A DNA stretch of 63,946 nt, counting the filler, from Octopus bimaculoides (Eukaryota), in the NCBI RefSeq assembly GCF_001194135.2. It is 5 parts of 5 records of this genome, joined end to end, with 100 filler letters (N's around TTAATTAATTAA, not from the genome) between each part and the next. Parts side by side here need not be neighbours in the genome. Positions count along the whole stretch, not along the records: positions 1 to 23,982 come from NC_068986.1; 4 more parts are not named here. One strand, written 5' to 3'. The notes beneath the pieces were generated by a model. The model was given only the letters and a program-made list of their open reading frames with translations. It was not told the DNA's origin and made no database searches. Shown one piece after another: positions 1-11,280 of this stretch; within the stretch, counting starts at the first letter, position 1, and every line of letters starts with the position of its first letter. The translations under genes and the position numbers were made by a program.

Positions 1-342
1 AACAAAAACAGTGTAATAGGTATAAAACATGTAGTAAACGAATATGTGCGCTCGCGAACGGGGGGAGGGGGACACGGAAAGTTCACATCGTGAATGTTCT
101 GAGTCGTCTTACCATAGCCAAAAACAAAAATAGTGAAATAGGTGTAAAACAACTTGCTCTAAACGAATATGAAAAAAAAAAATGCGCACTGGGAGAGGAC
201 TCGGAAAATTCACATAGTGAATGTTTCGAGTCGTCTCACCACGGCCAAAAAAAATGAATTTTTTAATAGTGTAATAGGTGAACAACAACATGTAGTAAAC
301 GAATATGAAAAAAATGCACGCTGGCGAACGGGGTGGGGTATA
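1..342. repeat. Degenerate tandem repeat, ~120-130 bp unit, ~3 copies
   Basis: The blocks 'agtgtaatagg', 'taaacgaatatg' and 'cacat(c/a)gtgaatgtt..gagtcgtct' recur at ~120-130 bp spacing. Confidence 0.75.
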
Positions 343-415
343 TGCATACACACACATATGTCTGTGTGATTTGCATGCAATGTACATATATAGAGAGTAG
401 GCTAGAAATACACAC

Positions 416-447
<32 letters not shown>

Positions 448-451
448 TAGA

Positions 452-569
452 AGGGGCCAATCGATTAGATCGACTTCATTATGCAACTGGCACTTAATTT
501 ATCGACATCGAAAGGCAAAGTCGACCTCGGTGAAATTTGAACTCAGAACACAAAGACAGACGAAATACC
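452..569 (-). mobile_element. tRNA-derived SINE family A, fragment
   Basis: Matches the reverse complement of the B-box 'gagttcaaatt' and core 'gtcgactttgcc(tttcatcc)..gtcgataaattaagt' seen in many copies in this window. Confidence 0.8.
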
Positions 570-599
570 AATTTCTTTATTACGGATCTCTCTCTAAGA

Positions 600-1420
600 A
601 ACATTGGTAAAATCTATTTATCGGAACAAAATGATTTTTTTTTTTAATGGATCAGTTCACTGAAAAGATAGTACATGGGCACTTGGCATGAAAAACATAA
701 ACCATTGACTGGATTGATCATGTCAAAACCTTGGCATGGAGTATCGACGAGTTTATGACATCCCACTACGAAGGCAACCTCCACGCAATTCAAGAACGAG
801 GTTCCTAAGTACCTGCAGCATAAAAGACAGAAGACATTGACAGACAACGAGTGTAGGCTTTGTAAGACGAACACTGAAGACATCAACCATATCATTGTCA
901 ACTGAGAGCGAATGTCTTTGAGATATTATCGTTCCATGAGGTATGATGTGGTGGCCAGAGCAATCTGGATCAGGATGAAAAACGTAAATATTAACGGACG
1001 AAATAATCTGTACCGAGGACGGTGGATCAAAGGAATATTGGTGGAACTTAAAAATTAAATAAGCCAACAAGTTACAACACAACCAATCAGACATTGTTGT
1101 GTAGGATCACAAGGAAAGGATACTTTCTTTTGCGGAAATCAGCTGCCCTTTCGACACCAGTGTGGTTGGAAAAATACAGGAGAAAGAGAACCACTATGGA
1201 TCATGATAAGGAGTTTGAAAATCCAGTACTCAAAGATACGCTTTCAGCTTGATACTTATTATTATTGGAGCAACAGGATACAACCCGTCTGGAGCAAGGA
1301 ATGGTTGAACTTGGGCCCTTGGGAACAGAATGCAAATCCTTAATTTTATACTCTACAAATGATCACAATATCTGGGGTTATAAAAATATGGAAGGCTTTC
1401 TTAATATTTAGATGATAATG
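600..1420 (+). mobile_element. Decayed 3' part of an RLE-encoding non-LTR retrotransposon (R4/Dong-like)
   Basis: Frameshifted translation gives 'AIQE..', the zinc knuckle 'CRLCKTNTEDINHIIVN*', 'RYDVVARAIW', then an RLE-like 'SDIVV*DHKE..EISCPFD...KE' and 'IIIGATG'. Stops and frameshifts are present. Confidence 0.8.
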
Positions 1421-2142
1421 AACAAAACACGATGCTTTTCTTCACATCCTTGCTACCAAGTAGTTGACCGACCAAAGCTAACTCTAAATATATATATATA
1501 TATAAAGAAAGCGAGCGAACATACATATATTCTGTTTTTCTAGGGGCTGACAAATTTAAAAGATGTTATGTCCGGTCTCCTAGAATTTAACCCTGTAAGA
1601 ATATCTAAAAGAGTAATTATATATTTTGTCAATCGCTTACATGAATATTTTCTTATATAGAGACGGAGCTATAGATATTTGGAGAAGGAACAATCAAATA
1701 TATTGCTCCCTGTCTCAGCTCTTGATCGGACTTTTACTTACTCGGTGTCTGGACGGACGAAAGCAGGATTTCAATTCATTGCGTTAAAACATTTGGTTCA
1801 GGTTTTTTTTTCATGCAAGGGAAGTAACTTTACATTTTGTTTTGAAAAGTAACTTCTCTTGGGAATTTGTTTCTAATAAACAGTTCATTTTTTTTTTCTC
1901 ACACTCAAAGAGTCAAAACTTCAAGCTTTTCAAAATTCAAGTTATTTCCCCAACCCCCTCCACACCTCGATCTAATATTATTCGCTTTCTCGGGTTTGCC
2001 TCTCAATCTGATTTCCCTTGTCTCTCTATCATTTAAGCCTTGCAACAAGCCTTTGCTCCACCATCACCACTGTTGCTGCTGCTACCATCATCACCACTAT
2101 TAGTACTACCTTAATTATTATTATTATTATTATTGTTATTAT

Positions 2143-2273
2143 TCCGCCGCAGTCGAATTTGCCTTTCATCCATCCGGGGTCGATAAATTATGTATCAGTT
2201 GCGTTCTGGGGTCGATCTAATCAACTGGGCTTTTTCCTCAAAATTTCGGCCTTGTGCCTAGAGTAGAAAAGAT
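2143..2273 (+). mobile_element. SINE family A, 3' half (tail type 'ggccttgtgcctagagtagaaaag')
   Basis: Core and tail match other copies, e.g. 20225-20435. Confidence 0.85.
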
Positions 2274-2437
2274 TTATTCTTTTCTACTCTAGGCACAAGG
2301 CCCGAAGATTAGATCGACCCCAGTACGCAGCTGGTACTTGATTTATTGACCTCGTAAAGATGAAAGGCAAAGTCGACCTCAGCGGAATTCGAACTCAGAA
2401 CTTAACGACAGCCGAAATACTGCTAAGCGTTTCGCCC
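2274..2437 (-). mobile_element. SINE family A, inverted copy abutting the previous one
   Basis: Reverse complement of tail, core and B-box region ('ggaattcgaactcagaac'). Confidence 0.85.
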
Positions 2438-2443
2438 ACCTTA

Positions 2444-2502
<59 letters not shown>

Positions 2503-2521
2503 CCATCATCACCATCATCAC

Positions 2522-2552
<31 letters not shown>
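2444..2552. repeat. (CAT)n microsatellite
   Basis: Direct reading. Confidence 0.98.
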
Positions 2553-2553
<1 letters not shown>

Positions 2554-2827
2554 CAGGGACTGTTTTTGTTTTCAGGCCCCAATTCAAGTTATTTCTATTC
2601 CCAAATTTTTGTACTTTAATGGCTTCTCTATTCTTGTTGGTAAAACATTGTCATCCGTTAGGATTGATTTGTTGATTAGAAGGTACTTTCTCTTGGTGAT
2701 CTAGTTGATAAGGTTTGTTCTCCCTGTCTGTGGCTTTTGGCATTGTTTTGGAATTTTCTGAGATATGCCTATACCGTCTCTTTTCTGTTAGCATTCTATA
2801 GCACTAGGATTGTTATTCTTATCATTA

Positions 2828-3058
2828 TTAACCCTTTCGTTACCAACCCAGCTGAAACCGGTTCTGGCTCTGTAGTACAAATGTCTTGTTTTCCTAAGTT
2901 TTGAATTAAAATCTTCCACCAAACCTTAGTCACAATTTATGTTCCTAACACAAGCTTAATGATAACTAAGTTATTTTACTAAATTCTTTGTTATATTTAA
3001 AATTAATTGAAAGAAATACAGAGCATCTCAAAAATAAATACAGTAATGAAAGGGTTAA
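2828..3058 (+). mobile_element. piggyBac-type MITE (~223 bp) with TTAA target-site duplication
   Basis: TTAA|CCCTTTCGTTAC ... GTAATGAAAGGG|TTAA; near-identical inverted copies lie at 18597, 18851 and 21561. Confidence 0.85.
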
Positions 3059-3748
3059 GGTGGTGATCTACTGCTATGTATTTTGCCGACGACCTTAAAT
3101 GTGTATGTGTGTGTACGTGTATGCTTGCGTGTATATTTGCAGAGTGTGATTTATGTTGACCTAGGAGCATCCTCATACACCGATAGGGAGAATTGCAAAG
3201 CATTCTCGTCTTTGATAGTTCAAGATTTCTTTCCGGACTCACAATAGTTTGAAAGATAGGAGTATACCCTACTCTGTCTCTTTGTCTCACTCACTCTCTC
3301 TCACTGTCTCTCTCTCTCTCTCTCTCTGTACCAAACTATCTTTCTCCTTATCTGTCACAATCACTCCAGCCATTCAACTGTGTCTCTCTCTCTCTCTCTC
3401 TCTCTCTTCCTGTCCCAACCCCTGTTTAATTAGGTAATGCTATTGAAACAGAGCTGCAAGTTTCAGATTTTTGTCGCAGTTTGTTATTGAATAAAGAATT
3501 TCACATTGTCTTCTCTTGTAACTTTTGATCTACTTTCCTTCAGGCATTGGGAAATCAGACTATCTAAGGCCACTCAACAGGGTGACTCAGGAATTAAAAT
3601 TAAAGTTGTACAGGGTTTTGCTGTTGCACATACATACATGCATACATACATACATACATATATTTACTAACTCATACACACACATAAGAGTACCAACGAA
3701 TTTGAATCAGTTTTGATCCATACACACACACACACATACATACATATA

Positions 3749-4135
3749 GGCGCAGGAGTGGCTGTGTGGTAAGTAGCTTGGTTACCAACCACATGGTTCT
3801 GGGTTCAGTTCCACTGTGTGTCACCTTGGGCAAGTGTCTTCTACTATAGCAACGGGCTGACCAAAGACTTGTGAGTGGATTTGGTAGACGGAAACTGAAA
3901 GAAGCCTGTCGCATATATGTGTGTGTGTGTGTTTGTCCCCCCACCCCAACATCGCTTGACATGCGATGCTGGTGTGTTTACGTCCTTGTAACTTAGCGGT
4001 TTGGCAAAAAGAGACTGATAGATTAAGTACTAGGCTTACAAAGAATAAGTCCTGGGGTCAATTTGCTCGACTAAAAGGTGGTGCTCCAGCATGGCCAAAG
4101 TCAAATGACTGAAACAAGTAAAAGAATAAAAGAAT
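3749..4135 (+). mobile_element. tRNA-headed CORE-like SINE family B, near full length
   Basis: Head 'ggcgcaggagtggctgtgtggtaag...gggttcagttcc', CORE-like 'caccttgggcaagtgtctt', an internal microsatellite, and tail 'gactgaaacaagtaaaagaata'. Many copies in the window. Confidence 0.88.
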
Positions 4136-4387
4136 ATATATATACACACACACACATAAATATACACATATATTAATGCATGTATGTATATATATATATG
4201 TGTGTGTGTGTGTAGCTATATACAGATATATTTATATATATAGATACACATATGCACGCACACACACATACACACGTGTGTGTGCGTGCATATATATGTA
4301 TGTACAGCCATTTTTTCGTTCTTTATTTTCGTTTCCTTAATAGACTGAGCTTTGAGAACCAGGTCATTAGCACAAATTAATTCCCAT

Positions 4388-4685
4388 GGGCACAAACTTG
4401 TTAGCCAGTGTGTGTGGAGTGCGTGTGCCTGTGTGTGGTGTATGTGTGCGCGCGTGTGTGTGTGTGGTGTATGTGTGCGCGTGTGTGGTGTGTATGTACG
4501 TGCTTGTGTGTGTGGTATGTGCGTGTGTGGTGTATGCTTTGTGTGTGGTTTGCGCGCGTGTGTATGTGTGTGTGGTGTGTATGTAGGTGCTTGCGTGTGT
4601 GTGTGTGGTGTATGCGTTTGTGTGTGGTGCATGCGTTTGTGTGTGGTGTGTGGTGGTAGTGGTGTGCGTGTGTCCGAGTGTGTGT
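4388..4685. repeat. Complex (GT)-rich micro/minisatellite
   Basis: Iterated 'gtgtgtggtgtatg' variants. Confidence 0.9.
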
Positions 4686-5080
4686 CTGACTATCCCAAGG
4701 ACAAGGAAGAGAAGTTTGTAGGAGATTTAGCAAACAGAACTGCCCTTCTTTGAAGAGTTAACTCCCCTTCTTTTCGGACTTCGCTTTTTATTTATTTATT
4801 TATTTATTTCATTATTTATTTATTTATTTATTTATTAGTCTGTCTGTTTGTTTGTTTTCTAACGCGCAGACAGCTTGGCAATTTGAGTGGATTCGATAAC
4901 AACAAACGTGGATAATGACTGGAGCTGAGAGAGTTCGTGTCATGACACTGCCGACAACATCATGTTCACCGGTCGAGGCGACTTCAGTCAATCATAAATG
5001 GCTCACTCTGCCTTGATGTAAATAGACACCACCACATCAGACGAAGAACTCGGAGTGCTTTAGACGCTAGGAGCACTGTC

Positions 5081-5417
5081 GTCACCATCATCATCATCGT
5101 CATCATCACCATCGTCATCGTCACCATCACCACCGTCATCATTGTCGTCGCCACCGTCAATATCACCACCGCCACACTGTCACACCACCACCACCACTAC
5201 CACCACCATCACCGTCATCATCATCATCATCATCATCATCGTCGTCGTCGTCGTCGTCATCATCATCATCACCACCATCATCATCGTCATCATCATCATC
5301 ATCATCATCATATCATCATCATCATCATCACCGCCACCACCATCGTCGTCATAATCGTCATCATCATCATCATCACCACAACAACTGTCCCCGCCATCAC
5401 CACCACCACCACCACCA
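5081..5417. repeat. Compound (CAT/CAC/CGT)n microsatellite
   Basis: Direct reading. Confidence 0.95.
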
Positions 5418-5427
5418 GTCTATATAG

Positions 5428-5997
5428 CAAGGCTTGTCCATTGGACACTTTGCAACAAGTAATGGACTTGACAGAGAAAAAATTGGTATGACCACAAACC
5501 TGAAGGCATCGTCAAATATGATAATGCGAAGATCCTGTGGGATTTTATGATTCAGTGTAGCCATGAAATAGAGAATAGGAAGCCAGACATAGTGTTAATT
5601 GAGAAAGAAAGCAAACTATGCTGGAGCATGGATATAGCATGCCCAGGTGACAACAAGGTATGCGATAAGTAAGAAAGAAAAGTTGATAGATATGACAGGT
5701 TAGCTTGGGACATTAAGCAGTTGTGGTCGATGAAAAAGGTAGTAGTAGTAGTACCAATAATTGTCGAGGCCCTGGGAACAGTGAGTAAATATCTTGAGAA
5801 GTACATGGAATAAATAGGGGCTGCAATAAGGGTGGAGAACGTGCAGAAAACAGCACTGCTTGGAACCACTTGAATACTCTGGAAGGTACTTGAAGAATAA
5901 GAGGTGTTACCTTAGTTCACTGGTAGGGAACAGCTGACACCGTAGTACATCTCCAGCATTAGAAGCTGTGAAAAGGCAATAATAATAATAATAATAA
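5428..5997 (+). mobile_element. 5'-truncated R4/Dong-like non-LTR retrotransposon (RLE domain) with (AAT)n tail
   Basis: Translation 'ARLVHWTLC..WYDHKPEGIV..KILWDFMIQC..NRKPDIVLIEK..MDIACPGD..K..RY..L..WSMKKVVVVVPIIVEALGTV..VQKTALLGT' shows the PD-(D/E)xK-type motif with in-frame stops. It ends in aataataat. Confidence 0.9.
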
Positions 5998-6099
5998 TGG
6001 TAATTCTTTCTTTATTGGCCATCAGGGCCAAACACAAAACATAGAGGATGATACGCAGATGAAGGACAAATATGTAAACAGCCAACAAACACAATGAGA

Positions 6100-6655
6100 G
6101 GCAGTGGCTCACATGACTTCTAATCTTAACTGATTGGAAGTGTTATCCTGTACATTGTTTTGTCTTGGTATAAAAAGATGGCCTACAGCAAATATTCTGC
6201 TTAATACCACACATTTGCTTGTCAGTTGTTTGACCTTAACCAGTTGAGCATGTCCCTTGATGGCTGACGATATGTGCATCCCTGATCATGAGCAGAAGTA
6301 GTAGGGGAGCATCGTAGCCATTTGTTGAGAGGAATTCTTTGGGGTTTGAATAATTCAGCTTTGGAAACATGGGTGTTTCATTCAAAATACTTAAATAACC
6401 CTTATTCAGGTATCTTTTGAGCAGGATGGGCTACTCGACCTGATGGGAATTCTAACTGGGCTCCACCTGCAAGGTTATGCACTGTTTACCTTGATATGAG
6501 ATCACCATGTCATGCACATATGGTTGTGAAGCATGTGCCTGGTGTACCCTTATCAGACGGGTATGCAGATGGGTATACTGAGTTTCGAATATTTTACTCC
6601 ATGGTCACTTTGAGGGCATGCACTGCTCTCTCACTCAATAATAATAATAATAATA
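6100..6655 (+). mobile_element. Unclassified ~550-bp interspersed repeat ending in (AAT)n
   Basis: Its 5' ~115 bp has an inverted copy at ~50705-50825, and the simple-repeat tail suggests a retroposon. Confidence 0.6.
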
Positions 6656-6691
6656 AGAAGAAGAAGAAGAAGAAGAAAAAGAAGAAGAAGA

Positions 6692-6890
6692 ATCCTTTCT
6701 ACTATAGGCACAAGGCCTGAAATTTTGGGGGAGGGAACTAGTCAATTACATCGACCCCAGTGTTTCATGGTACTTATCTTACTGACCCCGAAAGGATGAA
6801 AAGCAAAGTCAACCTCGGCGGAATTTGAACTGAGAACATAAATATGGGCAAAATGCCATGAAGCATTTTGCCTGTTATGCTTAGCAAATA
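6692..6890 (-). mobile_element. SINE family A
   Basis: Tail, core and B-box in reverse orientation. Confidence 0.85.
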
Positions 6891-6896
6891 ATAATG

Positions 6897-6940
<44 letters not shown>

Positions 6941-7257
6941 GATAATAAGAACAAAATCAGCTCTATTACTTAACTACAAAAAGATAGAACGATTTTAAAA
7001 ACCTAAACTGGTCTCATGATATCTTCTGAGACAGCAAGGTCAAATGTTAAATAAGAACAACTTCCAAAATAAAACAACAAAAATCGTTCAATTTTTTTTT
7101 TCTCAGGGTCAGAGTTTGCATAAAAGAGACTATCTTCTTTCTTTCAATAGCAATAGATTAAATAAAGCATAATAAAATTAAACACAAGTGAAAAAGCTCT
7201 CACCAAGTGAAGGACTACAATAATGGTTGTGAATTGACAGAGAGACATAAACCTTAC

Positions 7258-7521
7258 CTTCAATGGGAATTTTCCTTTTCTGTACAATGTAGCTCCATAT
7301 GTATTCTGTGAAGTGCTTCTCAAGAGTCTCTTTGGCTCCTTCATGGTGCATCTCACCTGTGCCCTCATTGTCTGTCACTTTCTCATTCGAGATATTGCTA
7401 CTTGACTTTTTTCTTCCTGAGCTTTCATTTTAATGATAGGGGATAAATGCTGTGAAATTGTTATCTGTTGTGGGTCGTTCATTGAAGCTTGCTTGAAGGG
7501 AATGAAAAAGTCTTTCTAGGG
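7258..7521 (-). other. Candidate coding exon or pseudo-exon (unidentified)
   Basis: Non-repetitive minus-strand frame 'LERLFHSLQASFNERPTTDNNFTAFIPYH*NESSGRKKSSSNISNEKVTDNEGTGEMHHEGAKETLEKHFTEYIWSYIVQKRKIPIE'. It is bounded by 'tttatcattttacatgcag|' and a strong donor 'GAAG|GTAAGG' but contains one internal TAA. Confidence 0.3.
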
Positions 7522-7712
7522 CTGCATGTAAAATGATAAACAGCGCTCATGAACAATTAACAGAAGCTTTAATTACTGCAAATAATGTTTTCTGCGTTGA
7601 TCTTTGGATGAAGAATAAAGGCAACAATTTGTACAAACTGGGAGAGACATATTTCTGGGGTCTAACAACGAAATAGCTGGTATGTGTCAATCTGTAACTG
7701 ACACATCACAGC

Positions 7713-7960
7713 TTTTCTTTTATTCTTTTACTTACTTCAGCCATTTGACTGTGGCCATGCTGGAGCACCACCTTAAAGGGTTTTTTTTTTAATTGAAGAA
7801 ATTGAACCCAAAGCTCATTCTTTGTGAGCCTAGTACTTATTCTATTAGTCTCTTTTGCTAAACTGCTAAGTTAGAGGGACATAAACACCAGCATCAGTTG
7901 TCAAATGATGGCAGGGGTACAACACAGGCACACATAAATATATACATATATATATACAAA
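7713..7960 (-). mobile_element. SINE family B, 3' half
   Basis: Reverse complement of the family B tail. Confidence 0.8.
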
Positions 7961-8357
7961 CAGACATACATGTATATAAAGATACAGATAAGGAAATGAT
8001 TTTATTCTCAAACGCAGGATAATGTTAATAATATAGCATGAACAGGATAAACTATCCATATTTTGAAGATAAATCTGTCAGCAGCCAGCCATGAGACTCA
8101 AACTCACATCCCTGTGATTATGTGTCAAGTGCTTTATCATTAAGCTAAACTTCCCAGCAACAAATTATTCTGCAAGTTTAGGATATAGAAATCTAGTCTT
8201 ATAAGATGCTATCATATGTTGAATTCAGTTTCCATTTAAAGTATTTCCTTATCTGCATCTTTCAATAAATCTCAAGCTTCTAAAAGCAAACTTTGTTGAC
8301 TTTCAACATAAGTTGAATTTAACGTATGACTGCATCTTATAAAGTGAGATTTATGTA

Positions 8358-8993
8358 TTCTAAAATTGCAGAAGCAGAGTTGGGGGGGGGGGGACATCTG
8401 GTGAGAATGAACGATGAAAGAATTCCTAAGCAGCTTTTGTATGGTGAGGTGGAAGATGTTAGGAGGCCAGTACAGAAACCCAAAATGAGGTTTCAGGATG
8501 TGCCTCAGAATTGCTCTGACACAGACAGGAGTCTGTGAGAGGGAGAAGGAGGCACAAAACCGAGATGGATGGAGGGAGGAAGAGAGTGCACAGTGGTTGT
8601 TTGAAGTTTGAAAGAGCGAGAATGAAGCACAAGAAGATCAAGAGGAGGCTTAGAAAGAATGAAACTGTGGAAAATGAGGGAGTGTTGCTTTTTGTGTGTG
8701 TGGTTTGTAGAGGGAATTGCTGGAGTTCTGCAGGCCCGGTCAGCAATCAGAGAACTCACAGGTATCAACCCCTTGTAAATTGTGATACGGTTTTTGTTCA
8801 CAACAGAACATGTACAACCTGTGGAGAGGTGGGCCTTTCAGTTGGAGGATTGAAAAGGCATGACAAAAGCCTTCATACTGCAGCACCTGTTCCTTCTGAA
8901 AGCCAGCACAGTTATGCATTATACAATAGAATGTGCAAATCTTTGGCCAAGTTCAAGAGCCAAACAAGGGCTTCATATTGCATCACCAGATGA
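8358..8993 (+). mobile_element. RTE-clade LINE 3' fragment with C-terminal C2H2-like zinc fingers
   Basis: 'GHLVRMNDERIPKQLLYGE....RP..KPKMRFQD' is the typical RTE post-RT motif. It is followed by 'FVCVVCRGNCWSSAGPVSNQRTH' and 'CTTCGEVGLSVGGLKRHDKSLH'; frameshifted. Confidence 0.85.
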
Positions 8994-9024
8994 CTTATTT
9001 CAATGATTCTTTTTAGCAATGGCT

Positions 9025-9465
9025 TTGCTCATATATAAGAAAACAATTGCTACGGCAGTGCTTGGGGAGAGAACAATCTCCCGCTATGGCAATGTCAACT
9101 GGCTTTCACGTTCCCCAGACTTTACTAGCCCGAATTGTTTCTTGTAGGGATATCTGAACAAACTGAGGACCCTGGTGCAACTGAAGGAGAAAATCAATAG
9201 AGAAATCAGAGAAGTGGGGTCTGGAACTCTTGAGGGTGTTATGGTGCAAGTTTTGTAAAGAGTACAGGCGTGTGAAACCAAAAATGGCTGTCATTTAAGC
9301 GATGTCATTTTTCATATGTGATGTAGTGGTGTTGCAAAAATTAAATTGTGCATATTAATTTCCATTATGGCCTTTATATTATATCAAAATTTCATGCACT
9401 TATTTGTAAAGTTGAGAAAGTTATTAAAAATTGAAACCCATCAAAGACTTTTGGGACACCATGTA
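9025..9465 (+). mobile_element. Tc1/mariner DNA transposon, 3' fragment with right TIR
   Basis: 'ISRYGNVNWLSRSPDFTSPNCFL*GYL...RTLVQLKEKINREI...GCHLSDVIF' resembles the WPxRSPDL/DFFLWGYLK motif. It ends 'ttttgggacaccatgta' followed by TA. Confidence 0.85.
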
Positions 9466-9474
9466 TATATATAC

Positions 9475-9477
<3 letters not shown>

Positions 9478-9530
<53 letters not shown>

Positions 9531-9532
9531 AT
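9478..9532. repeat. (TATC)n microsatellite
   Basis: Direct reading. Confidence 0.97.
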
Positions 9533-10327
9533 ATAACATATATATGTTAAATGATATATTATATACAATTATATAAACAACCTGAAAGATAATACTATAT
9601 CTTTCTCTTTGTATTCGTTTGTTGACATCATTTTACCTGTATTTTTTCCCCCTTTTTTAAACTCATTTATATCATTTATTTATTTATTTATTAATTTCCT
9701 TATCTAATTGATTCTTCCAATTGTCGACCAATCACATTTCTCTATTTTTTTCCCAATCAGTTGTTATTTCGATGTGGTATTTATCTGTTCTGCCGTCATT
9801 CTTCCAGGGTGCATTCTAACTCCTGACGCCTGGCAAACAATTCCAGAACGTTACAGACCTAATTATCAACTGATGCAACAATTTCAAGTCTTTTGCGGAT
9901 CGCTGCTTATTTAGAACACTGAATTAGAATACTCCCTACCTCCCTTTCCCCCTCTCCCTCTCCCTCTCCTCTTCCTCTTCCTCTTTCCCACTTTTTCTTC
10001 CTCCCTCTCTCTTTCTGTGTCTTGTTATCTTGTATGATCATTATCTGTCACATGTACCTGACAACACACATACAAAAAAAAGTAAAGTAAAATGATCCTT
10101 CATTTGTTTAGATAAAGATTCCTGCAATTCAATGAACTGAACTGTTTATTCATTATAAGCAGTTGAGTATTCCAGAGACACTTGTACTCTTAATGTAATC
10201 ATCACCATCATCATCATCATCATCATCATTATAATCGCCGTTGTCATTTTAATGTCCGCTTTTCAATGCTTGAATGGGTTGGGTGGAGTTTATTGAGGTA
10301 CTTTTCCTGCAGCAGGATGCCCTTCCT

Positions 10328-10997
10328 GTCAAGGTGGTGAGCTGGCAGAAATTTTAGTACACTGGATGAAACGCTCAGTGGTATTCTGTCTGTCTTTACG
10401 TTTTGAGTTCAAATTCCGCCGAGGTCAACTTTGCCTTTCATCCTTGCGGGGTTGATAAATTAAGTACCAGTTACGCACTGGGGTTGATACAATCGACTTA
10501 ATCCCTTTGTCTGTCCTTGTTTGTCCCCTCTATGTTTAGCCCCTTGTGGGCAATAAAAAAAAAAAGAAATGTTAGCACGCTGGGCGAAACGCTTATTGGT
10601 ATTTTGTCTGTCTTTATGTTCTGAGTTCAAATTCCACCAGGTCAACTTTGCCTTTCATCCTTTCGAGGTCGATAAATTAAGTACCAGTTACGTACTGGGA
10701 TCAATCTAATCAACTGGCCCCACCGCAAAAATTTTGGGCCTTGTGCCNNNNNNNNNNCTGCAGCAGGATGCCCTTCCTGTCAAGGTGGTGAGCTGGCAGA
10801 AATTTTAGTACACTGGATGAAACGCTCAGTGGTATTCTGTCTGTCTTTACATTCTGAGTTCAAATTTCACCGAGGTTGACTTTGCCTTTCTTCCTCTTGG
10901 AGTCGATAAATTAAATACCAGTTGCGTACTGGGGACCATCTAATTGACTGCCCCCCCCCTCCTCAAAAATTTAATTCTTTGTGACTAGAGTAGAAAA
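10328..10997 (+). mobile_element. Cluster of three SINE family A copies, split by a 10-N gap, inserted in a GGATGCCCTTCC-type repeat
   Basis: Head 'aaggtggtgagctggcagaa' at 10331 and 10782, with two different 3' tails. The host repeat resumes at 10998. Confidence 0.85.
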
Positions 10998-11109
10998 GGA
11001 TGCCCTTCCTGTCACCAAACTGCACCTGTTTCCAAGCAAGGGAAATATTTCTCCATAACTAAGGTAGCACACTGGCACAATTGTTACCGCATGAGGCAAA
11101 ATGCTTCAC

Positions 11110-11280
11110 CTGTCCTTGCACTTCACATTCTCAGTTCAAAATCCACTGAGGTTGACTTTGCTTTTTGTCCTTTCTGGATTGATGAAATAAGAACCAGTTG
11201 GGGTGTGGGTGGGGTGATATAATAGACTTATACCCTCCTCCGAAATTGTTGGCCTTGTGCCAAAATCTGAAACCAATATA
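11110..11280 (+). mobile_element. SINE family A, diverged
   Basis: B-box, core and tail recognisable. Confidence 0.7.

Noticed and set aside
2360-2704. Poly-His ORF and the many (VC)n, (HT)n, (YI)n, poly-L/Y/I/N ORFs in the track
   Set aside because: These are translations of microsatellites, with no domain content or splice context.
7520-7676. Plus-strand 50-codon frame between 'ctag|' and '|gtatgt'
   Set aside because: An in-frame TAG precedes the donor, there is no recognisable homology, and it conflicts with the better minus-strand candidate.
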